DNA of 64,000 nucleotides from Balanoglossus misakiensis. Lineage: Eukaryota; Animalia; Hemichordata. Below, one piece after another: positions 49,851 to 61,000 of this stretch (positions are counted from its first letter, which is position 1; each line of letters starts with the position of its first letter). The notes under the pieces were generated by a model that was given only the letters and a program-made list of their open reading frames with translations, searched no databases and was not told the origin of the DNA. The position numbers and the translations under genes are program-made. The DNA lies in the NCBI GenBank assembly GCA_040954595.2, contig CM082584.2:11746552-11810551 (forward strand), in the 5' to 3' direction.

Positions 49851-51945
49851 TGTACGTGAACTAGGAGGTTTCCTTATGATTTGACCCAGTCTACCATAAC
49901 TACGATGTCTTAAATCAGGCAAGACAGTGAGCGAGCGCCGCTATACTGGAACGAAAAGCCTTCGTTTGAGTGACGCATGTGCGTGTTGTACATTGATTGC
50001 CGTAGCTGGGAGGTTCGGTACGTTGTGTTCAACACAGAAACACGCATGAGATTGTTTTGAAAGGAGGCGGTGGCGCTGTCCCCTACTTATCGCGTTAGCG
50101 TGGAACAAGGGCCCTCCAGTCTAGTATTAAAAGAATTCAAGGGAACTCAAGCCACTTCGCATTGCATTCCATCCATGCTGTCCGCCAACGCCTCTACGCA
50201 AGACCATGCGAATCCAGAGTTGGTGGATCGCGTGATATTTTAAGCAATATTGAACATCCAGTGGGGAAATGCACTGGTATGTCGTCGTTTACCGACGTGT
50301 TATTATAGCCTGTTAGAGATGCGCATCTGCAGCAGTTTGCTATATTTGAACACTGGTAACAAAACACCATACAAACACACGGATGCTGTAATCTCGGATA
50401 TGCACATCTGTCTTTGTTTCCCCCTGGAATAATATGTCGCGAGAATTAAATAATTTGACGCATCATATCAATGTGGGCGTCACTCGAACAGAACCGAGGC
50501 AGCTTTTTATTTTGCCCGGCGCTTCTAATAATACACCTCGGCGATAGACGCGCTTTGTCGAGATTGTTCGGTAACCTAGGGGGTATGAGTGTCACCGAGA
50601 CGTAGGCGTTCCTCTCTGCGTAAGTTTATTGACTGCCGGTGTGTGCGATGCCCTCGCTTGTTATATCGGAATGTGTATCACAAACTCTTCCTACAGGCAG
50701 TGGCGTGATGTTTATTAGGATGTGAGACACACTTTGTCACCCAGGCTGTTGCCTCCCCACGTTTGCGCACAAATTGCTGATTCACGTTCACGTTACCAAC
50801 AATCGCTCGGGCGTACTTTTTGGTACATGGGAGATAATGACAATACAGTTTTACGTTGTACAATCGTATTCTAATAAATTAAAGGGACAAAGTTGGTCAT
50901 GTTTGGCATTAGTTAGGTTAATTTAGTATTGTTGATACGCTATAAAATAATGTCGAAAGTGAGAGCCTTTTTGGTACATGTACTTTAATCCACATGGACC
51001 GTAATCGACTCAGTCTCCCCTGCCTGCCTGCGTCTCTGTCTGTCTGTCTGTCTGGTCCCCCCTTCAGTAATATCGTGGATAATAATCACCATGTTTACAT
51101 CGTTTGCTGATGTTGTTATTTTACCAGGTTCGAGATCATTTGTTTCGGATCAGTGCACTCTTACGTGTTTGTTACGTCTTTCGCATTTCGAGGTCGAGGG
51201 AACGGCCATTAATCGTCGCCTGCGTGTGACGTCATTCACTGCTTTACTATACAGTCATATCCCTGACATTTAAAAAACAATGTTCGCTTGGTGGTACAAC
51301 CGTAGCTCGAAGTTTTGACGTCCAACCATGAACAAGACTAGGCAGAACGTCCAGGTATACAGACTAGTCTAGCCTAGCGTAGTGCAGCCACTACGTTTGT
51401 CCATGGCCCGGGGTCCATGGACGTTCATGGTTAAGGCTATCGCGGACGGACGGAGCCCTGACCTGTTCCACGGCGTTGTGGGGCCGTGTGCCGTTTACCG
51501 GCTGCGCCTCCTACTACTCCCAAGCACAAATTGCCGGGGAAGTGGCTACGGACCCGCTCGGGAGCTTTCCCCCGGAGGTTTTCCGACTAAAACAGCCACC
51601 TGTGAACTCAAACTGTACTTTCATCTCCTGTGTCGACATACAGTCCCTTCCAGGCATAGCTGGGGTCAGGCCTGGCTGGGATCTTGAACATCAGTCCCCG
51701 GCATCATTTTGACAAGGTCAACCATGGGTCAACCAAGTACATGTACACCTCAAGCAAGGTCACCTCAAGGTTACACACTCAGGCTAGTGAAAGCGAGAGA
51801 ATGGCAGTTTAGGGAGAACAGTCATTACTCTCGCACTATGCGTGGGCTAGTCACTATAGCAACTATCTACTGGGTCAAGGATGCGGCCTGTATGAGATTA
51901 ATGGGATACCAGAAGTGTATTTGAATTGTATTCTGCGTTCAAAAC

Positions 51946-52036
51946 AGGGAACGGCGACTCTTTTACTTACACAGTACAGTATTCTTATGCGACAGCAAAG
52001 AAAACCGCGTATAAGTAAAAGACGTCGCCGTTCCCT
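51946..52036. mobile_element. 91-bp fold-back / MITE-like element
   Basis: Arms AGGGAACGGCGACTCTTTTACTTA and TAAGTAAAAGACGTCGCCGTTCCCT are reverse complements except for a 1-nt indel. No clear TSD. Confidence 0.6.
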
Positions 52037-55000
52037 ACATCTGATTTTAATCAGATTGTAAAGAAAGATGCGTGACGCGGGGTTCGGTATATGTCTGACG
52101 GGAAATGTAGAGGGCGCTGCGTGTGTTCAGCGAGAAAGAACGTGCACGCGTTACATTCTCTACATAGAAAATATGGTGCCACCCAAAAAGCGAAATAATG
52201 GTTTAAAAGGTCTCGAAACCTTGAGGCACATCCGAACAGGCGACGACAAAGAATACTTTCAGGATGAAGTCCGACAGAGATTCGTGAGATTGTGGACGCC
52301 ATGTAAGAGCGGATGAACGTCCGGCCACGGGAGAGCTGGCTTCTTGCTGTGGTCTGTAGTCCTTCCACCACCATCCACCCACCCCAGAAACACGCGGACG
52401 CGGAAGTGATAGGGCTGCGCGAATCCACAGCAACCCGGCTACTCGGACCCCAGGAGTCTGTTTCAGTGAAGTCCAAGTTGCTACAGAGATGTGTCCAAAA
52501 GCTAAATTCTACCATAGATGTGACACAACAAATTTCACTGAATAGAAGCTGTACACACGCCTAGAAGAAATCAAAGACAAACTGCACACTGAACGTTTAG
52601 CCTGTTCAGTGCGGTTACTCACGTGTGATAGATCTGCAGAACGATGCAAGTGATGTTGCTCCTCCGTGCGCGTCGTCGTCAATGTGATGTATGAACTTCA
52701 GCATGTGTAGTGTCGACTGACAGCTCAACAGGTTGCTCCCAAAGGACACTGCGTGGGGCGTGTATGCGGCGAACGCCTCTCAGCAGTGGCCACACGTGGG
52801 GTAACAAGATGCGATTACGTCAGCAATATCATATCCAGGCGCGATTGCGATTGTGTGGCACAACAAAGGCAAGTGATACAGACGGGAGAGAAGGAAGCGT
52901 AATAATTGCCGTTTGTGACGTCAAGCCGGGGTCTTAATTGTGCCGACGACTTTCGCCTCAACCTCGATTTAAAGACCGGCGAACGACACAGACCTTGGAG
53001 AGGATGTTGTCACACCTGGTCCATCGGACTCGGAGCAATTTTGTATTGACAGCTTGTGTAGTTTGCGCAGAGGCAATTAGGCTGCATCTCCCACGTAGAA
53101 AATGACAATTCGAAGGGAGAGAGAGAGAGAGCTTAGGGATTGATCACGAGAGCAATTTCAACAGCATCATTTCCTGGGTTGTTGTTCCTTGACCCTTTTC
53201 GCTCCAAACCAGAGCATGAAAACAAAGCAATACCCGCAACTGACTTATTTGGCCACTAACACCACCAAAAACCACCATCGTTTTCATTTTTTTTCTACAT
53301 TTGGTTCTGGAATTTCCATAACAAAAGTATCTAAATAGCTTTAAAACAGAATTCCAAGCTCGTCACTTGCGGGCGCTCGTCAAAGTCACCCGTTCCCTGT
53401 CACACCCGGGGTGCGTTCGACGTACAAAGCGCTCGGTAACGTTCGGAAACGTTTTCATGTCGAACGATCTTTTGTCATTGTTTTTCGCGAACGTTTTGTA
53501 ACAATGGAAGGCGTAAGACGGAGGTGACTCGCGGCGAACAACTCATTAATTCAAAATGGCGGACATGTAAGCAGAAGTACGACTCGAAGGGCATATTTTC
53601 GAAGAAGTTGCAGAATATTTGTCGATTTAGGTAGTGATAGTTTTACCAAGCGAAAGCTTGTATTTTTCCCCATCAATACACCAATTTACACGAATTGTGC
53701 CGCTACTGTCTTGTGTAAAACGGTTTAAAAGGGGTATGCACTTCCGGAATCATGTCCTTGTATGCGCACCGGGACGTTCTTGCTTACGGCCGCTGTCTCT
53801 GAAAAGTCAAAGGTCATTGACGGCGCCCTCTTGAGAGGCAAGCTTAATATCGTTCGACGAAGTACAAAAGCGCCCTGCGCAAGCATTCACAAAACGCTTT
53901 GTGCGTCGAACGCACCCCCGGCAACCCCTGTTTATGTTCCGCATGGGGACATAAAAGAGCGCCAGCAAGCGGTGAATTTTTGATCTGCTCTGACGTGCTC
54001 TTTGTTCCGCGGATGAAACACGGTTTACTCAATAAATGTTCCAAGTATTTTCTTTGAGTCGTGGGATTACTGATCAAATATAATTACATCGCGTGTATGG
54101 TACGCACATATATCTGTTGTGCGTTAAAATGACTAGAATTTGTTGGCCAGTATGTTTACCAGTAAACATAACCAAGTTCTGTTATATCATCGCAGTCTCG
54201 CATATTAGGCCCAAGCATGGGAATTCGTCAAAGACTCCACCGGTGAAACTGAGACATCTGGTAGTCGTTATATGCAGTAATAGTTCGGGGCATACTGTAA
54301 ACATTTTGGACAAGAAAACCGCAGGATCATTCATGGTCACCCATCGCCCCAAAACATTAGTTGCAATTTGCTAATATACAATACGCTTTTCCCCTCTAGT
54401 AATTAAACCCAGGACTTGCTCTGTAAGACTGGCCAATATTTTTTACAGAGTAGATTTAGCAACTGGCAACAACAAAAAGAGACTGCGACAATAGACTGGA
54501 GTACAATTTACAATCCGGCACTCGTTGGAATCGATTGTGTTTCATAGCTACTGGTACATAGCTAAAAGTAATGTCACTTCCCAGTTTCATATCGCGGGAT
54601 GTCTGAGAGATTTTATTGGGGGAGGGGGGATCCGAGGGGGCGCCCTTAAAAAGAAAACGAATGGTAGCTTTGAAATATATGTTGCTCATGAACTTTGACC
54701 TCAGTGAGACATGACAGAAGACGTATTAACATCTGAAATTGGCCTGTAAAAAGTGGCGTGAAAAAAATCGACCAAAATAAGTTTCTTGGACGACGGAGAC
54801 GCTGGTTAAAAATAATCCCACGCAGTGTCAATCTTCCAAACCCACCCAGAATACCAAATGGCCCGCCCCTAAGCGATGTTTACTTTTAAAGTGGGCTACC
54901 TTCCTAATACTTGAAAGTGAGAAGTCAATCCGGGGTCTTTGCTGAGCGCCACTTGAGGCTTTTCTGTTTTATTTGAGCGATTTTCTCAAAGCTTAACCAA

Positions 55001-58000
55001 AAGTCGATGTCTGTTGTGATAGGGTGTGACCGCCGGCTCCTAATGGGGCTTTAGCAACAAAAACGAGCTCTTTCTCAAGAATATTGGCCTTCAGGTGTAG
55101 AGTTATACTTGTCGCCAAGAAACAACGAACGACAGTGCCTGAAATTCTGTAGCCACTCAGATCAGATGGCGTTCTCACATGCACCAAGTAAACACTCCCA
55201 CAATGGTGTTTTTTCGTTCTACATGTTGCTAATTTGTCTTAAAACATGATCGTGACATCTTAAAAATGTTTGTATATACTCTCAAAAACCCATGATCTTA
55301 TGCTGATCAGTGGACAGGCATTCAGAGCGACTTTCTGGTTTCTTTCAACATGGCGTCCGAGGTAGGCGAGGCAAAGACCGCTAGTGAGTTGTGCGCGCGC
55401 GAGGATGATGTGAGTGAGGTTTTCGCCCGGATACCAGCCCAGTCACCCTGAGGATGTCCCCGAGATAGAAATTATTGAAACAAAGAAACAAACTCTAGAT
55501 GCACACAGACCAAACAAGTAAACGTCCAACGTGTCTGAACAAATAAATATGACGTGGTCAATTTCCGTAAACAGGGAACCGGTTCCTACGGGCAAAACAG
55601 ATGCAATACCGACGTGTACATGTTTTCCTCGGCCTCGTTTTATACTAAACTACTTATACTTCAACTAAAAACGTATGTATTATCAGGCATTGCTGGATTT
55701 CAAGTCCGTCCCAGATACTAGTAGACACCGATATAGACAAAACGCAACCGAAATCACCGCAGATGGTCAGCCGCGAGTTCGTCATCCGTGGCGTGGTGTA
55801 AACCACGTGACCCCTGTGGTTGGTTTGTGACACGCGACGTGTTCCGGTATTTGTGGAACATCTATATCAACGATTATTTTAGTTGCAGGATCTTGGAAGA
55901 GACGAGTAAGGCACGCGTCTCCTTGTCTCAGTCAAGCGCAGCTGGTTCGCTTGTTTTGACAAAAAAGGCACGTTGTATGTATGTGTTTGTGTCTTAGTAA
56001 TCCGAGATCTGGTGGGCTTGACTATAGCTAGAATACCGCCTCCAACTTTTTACATTTGTACACAATAAGCAAAAGGTACAACATACTTGTATCAATTTTC
56101 AGTGTGATCGGTCCGGCCTGTGCAAACATTGTGGTGCAAGTACCCCCCGCTAATTGGACTTGAAAAGCTAGAGTTTGGCAAAGGCCAAGCCTGGTTCTAG
56201 GGAGCAAGTATATAGGCTGGCGGCGCTGTAACACAATACTCACCGAGATCGCCCAGAAAGTAACAGCACAAAGATATAGATTCTAGCAACTGTTCGTTTA
56301 CTCATAGTTTATTATTGCAATTCGCTTAATTGAACAGCCGAGTGGGCTAAACAGTGTGCAGAGCCCACGGCGAGAGCCCAAGTCGATTGTGCCGGAAAGC
56401 TAGCAAGAAAAAAGAGTTATAGAAATTTGGTTTGCCAAAGAAAACTGGCCACCCTGCTGAAATCTTTGTGGGGACAAATCTTGCTGTAAGGGGAAAAGAC
56501 TTCAAAAATTAAACCCCTGTGTCTCAGTTACAGCGGTTGGTTTCTTTGCCGATGACTTGAGTGTCGCTATTTGCGCAGAATTGAGGACTCCTTCAACTTG
56601 TTTTGAACAGAAACGCGTTTCGTGTCTTCTTATAAACAAGTCGGTACTCAATAAAGATAAGTAAACTAGTTCCTCAGAATGTGTCCAGCTTGGAGTGGTA
56701 TCAAAACAACTCAAGGGTCATTTGCAATGCAAAAAAATGTGCCAGTGTCTACCTGAGGAGACAAGAGAAGCGCAAACCTTTTTGTCTTGCTTTGCTTCAG
56801 CGATAATTGGCCCCGTTTATCATACACATGTTTATTGCAACAGTTGAAGACGTCGCGAAGTAACACCGTCTATTTTCGGTCATTATCGCCGAGCAGACAA
56901 TGACTTACAATCGCCGTGGTGTGGTCCGCACCGAAACATTGCCCCGGCAAAGTGACAGCTATTCGGAACGCGACACATAATTGAGCTAATCAAACCCTAG
57001 GACACTTCAATTAGACCACTAATACCCGGCTAAAACAATACGGCTAATGAACGTTTAACTTACTTCAAAGGCCTGTTTACTCGACCGTGATTTCTTTCGG
57101 AGTCCAGGTCTACATTGTACGTTTTCTTTATTTTTTTGTCCTGTTTATAAATATGGATGTAAGCCTAAACGCTGTTTACATAGCCGCCACCAAATCGTCT
57201 ACCTTTCACAGAGATAGACACAGTATGCACTGATTGATGGATAGAAGAAACGTGTGAACCACAGGACATTGATATGCGTGTGTTTCACATCGACCAAAGA
57301 GAGGACAAAAACGAATCTGAAAAAAAGGAACGAAGATTTGATGACATTTTGGAATGTTGATACGTAACAAAAAAACTGCCGCGCGAGACAAAAAAAAAAC
57401 ACAGAATGGTGAATACAAGTCGTAGCTATTGATTAATCGGTGAATAATTGACTATTTCCAGAGCTTAGAATGAATTTGGCAAGTGACACATGTTTCTGAC
57501 GTCTACACAATCGTTGCCATGGTGATAATTTGTTCCAGTCACACCTTATGCTGGAGGAGTGCTTACTGCACCCGCTAACTCGGTTATCACATCGATTTTT
57601 TATTCGGATTGAAGGATTTTTGTGTGTGGACGATTTCGAAACAAGCGATTATCACTGCTGGGAAAACCAGCCGGCGTACTAATACTTCGTCAAGTGGGGG
57701 TAATTAAGCTAAAAGTGCGGCATTCTTTACTGGGAGGAGACATAGAGCGAACTTCATAATCCTTCCGCCCACTAAAACAATAGAGGTATAAGAAATCAAC
57801 CGGCGAAGCAAATAACTGTATACGGGCACGTGACAATCACAAAATCGTTCACCACCCGTTCATAATGAGATTACCATTAACTTTTGCAGATTGTATTAAA
57901 AAAATCAAATCCCAAAATCTGAAGAAAAATTACGAAAAAAAGATAAGAGTGAGAATATAAAGAGTTTTAACATTTACACGCCTCGATGGACGACAATAGG

Positions 58001-61000
58001 CGTTTTTTTTTTGTCATGGGGATAAATCTTCCCGTTGTGTGGAAGAGGATGAGCGATCTTTACTATTTGTCAGTCAGATATTAGACGCCGTCTGTGGATC
58101 AGCTGCAACAATAACATAGCTGATTTTGTCGAAACAAAACAAGACCAATTAAGGAGATGTCCACCGATCAGTGGAATGTGCTCGATCAATTCCTCGTATT
58201 GATCATCCATTGAATCGATTTTTTCTTACACGGTGTCAGTGCTGTTCTTCTGCCAAAAGTCAACTTTGAAGTATATTGGGGGTAGAAGTCCATTTCTTGA
58301 AGTTATGTTGTACCGATGTCCTGCTTCAAGCCTCCTTCACCCGCGACACGGTCAAATTTATTGATTATTTTTCCTCGTATTTCGCGTCCACCGGGGGAGA
58401 AGAAATCAACGGCGTGACGGTGTTACGCAAGGCGTACCACAGACTACACCACGCTTGGGATAACATGAAAGGGAGTGACACAGGGGTTGGCAAGAGGGAG
58501 GGAGGGGGTTCTTGCGCCAAGTTTCGGTTCAGTGAACCATTTGCGCGTCAGTGCGCATGCGATATTACGTGGCGCGAATGTCTGTGATGCTCACTGTTCG
58601 ACAGTAAAAAATCATGTTGAACACAGTCGGATGTCTTTGCCAGTATAGTTGAGATTTGTGTAAATTTTCTCTTGGTTTGCGCCAAGCCATCCTGGTCAAT
58701 AGACGCAGAGGGCGCCCGATAAATTCGCCTGTTGACACTTTAAAAATAAATATACGAAAATATAACCCTGTAGACTATGATGTATAACGGTCTCTCCAGT
58801 TTAGACTGGATATACGAAGGGACGTTGGTCGGTTTGCATAAAAGATGTCAATCTGCTGAAGGTGACAAATTTGCCTCTTTGAGTCGCACCTCTCCTAATT
58901 TGGAGATCACAATACGAGACTGTCGCTCGTTTGATGCATCCTTTAGACCCAGTGTTATCTCTAATGGAATTTACTTGTAAAGGCTATCTCACACCAAATT
59001 GACCAGAATTGTATGGCCAGATTAACAAAGGGTGACAAAATCACCACATCGGACAAACTGTTGTCAGTCTGTCTGAGTTCTATAGTGTTTACCAAGTTTT
59101 GATCTCCTGGGAGGAACCAATAAATGTATGCATGTATGTGAGCCATGTGTTTGTCGGTCCATGCCACACAGACAGCGATGATCAATACTCCTTCTAAATA
59201 TTTAATCAGGGAGTTCATGTGTAATTTTTCCGTGCCTACTTTAACGCCGCACTTGACACACATCTCTGGTTCTTGTATTGTGTATTTAAAGGTATCGCTA
59301 GAAAAATGTTTTTCATGGAGCCGTTTATTAGCTAGTACCTCCATGATCGGTTTAAGACGACCAATTGATTTCCCCCCTTTTCATTGTCAACTTCACAATC
59401 ACCCCCATCCTCTCAGTTTCGTTGTTTGTTGCACCCGTGGAATTGACGGGGATCGCCACTATTTACCGGATCAGCGGCTGGAGTGTTGAGTTTTCAGAGG
59501 TGAAGATAATTGACTCCGGAAATCCATTGGGCCGCTGTTCATCATCAACGGCCACCTGTTGATCTAATAGAATATGAAACCATTCGACACATTTCTGTGT
59601 GTTTAGCAAAATGCTGGCTGGGAAGTTCAATAGGCCCCAAATTCTAAAGTCCGCCCTTTTGTTCCTGGTTTGCTCTGGACTGTGATTTACAATTCGACGG
59701 TACTTGTGGAACAGATGACGCGCCATTGCCAGAGGCGCTGGCTTACGCGGTTGTAGGGCTCCTCAGAATTGGTGTCAGTTTGTTTGTTTATTCGTATCCT
59801 CTATCTCTTCAAACAAAAGCCAACTTGATTGTGTCGTTCGTCAGACGACCATCTTCCCTTAATTTCCCTCCCTGGCTTCCCGCCGCCGCAGATGCGACAC
59901 AAGCTGCCCGGCGAGGACAGAGAGGGAGACGAAATTAAGGTCTTTCTTGGCGATTTTTGTTTAATTCTTATCCTTGACTAACCATTCTCTTGACCTCACT
60001 ATTGATAACGGTTGCAAACTGAACTTTCCTCGGCCGACGGAAACCAATTAGCACCCAAAAATGTGAACACCGGCCGAGGGAATTAGCTTGGAGGGGACGC
60101 CGAGCTATTGTTGTCTTTTGTTTTTGGGGCGTAACCCGCCTTCACGCTAAACTTCCCTTGAAAACATGACAAAACAAACCAAGCATGGGCGCACATTGTT
60201 GATGAAACGAAAATTGAATTCATCTTTGCTTCTTCGTCAACTTTGATCCCTTTAGCTTTCCAATTAATTAAGTTTTGGGGCAGGCCAAAGTTTCGCGACA
60301 GAAAAGAGAGACTTAAGAGGTGTTCTCAGCTTTGCCAGTCTGGGAGGACCAAAAGACCAACGATCCGTCTATTGGGGTATCATGGAGATTCAAAACTAAC
60401 GAGAATTTTAAAGATTTGGCATTGATCTAATTGCGCTTAGTTAACCCGCTGGGGCTTCTTTCACGTGGGGGGATCAGTGAAATGCCGGTAATGCGTTTTT
60501 GCAGCACACTGCCCGCGGGGGCCGAGTTGTACACCAGTGCATGTCGTTCGGCCCACACCCATCCAATTAGGTGACCATATTGGCTTTTGTCCCGTCGAAG
60601 GACAGCTTCCCATTTACCTTGGCATGACAAAACGCCAGGGAAAAATAAAAACGGGCCAAATTGGATGACGTGTTTGAAATAAAAAGACTCCAGTGATGAT
60701 GTTGTTACAAATGTTTACGTGAGATTTAGATAATTATGTTTTCTGTTTTAGCCCCCTCCCCCCCCCTCCCGCGCATCTTGCTATTATTGCGCCCCGAGAA
60801 ACCCCTTTCTCCCAAAGGCAAAGTCAGACGCCAGGCAACGTTCACACCTCGAAGCGTCCAGGGAGTCTTCGGTCAGTCGTGATTGTCGAAGGCGGCAGAT
60901 GGTCGCTTTGCTCGCTGGCTAGAGATCACTTCGCTGAAAATCGTCATACGCTCGCGCTATTCGAATTGACGCTGTTGCAGCGTCAGTAAAATACAGGGTA

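Noticed and set aside
50879-50960. TTAAAGGGACA.. resembling a TTAA-targeting (Kolobok/piggyBac-like) element end; similar CCTTAA ends near 3740 and 9760
   Set aside because: No matching partner TIR could be found.
1211-53816. About a dozen NBRE-type AAAGGTCA/TGACCTTT words (NR4A sites would fit the midnolin feedback idea)
   Set aside because: Scattered over the window without clustering. TGACCT-type words may be generally common, so this cannot be distinguished from background without counts.
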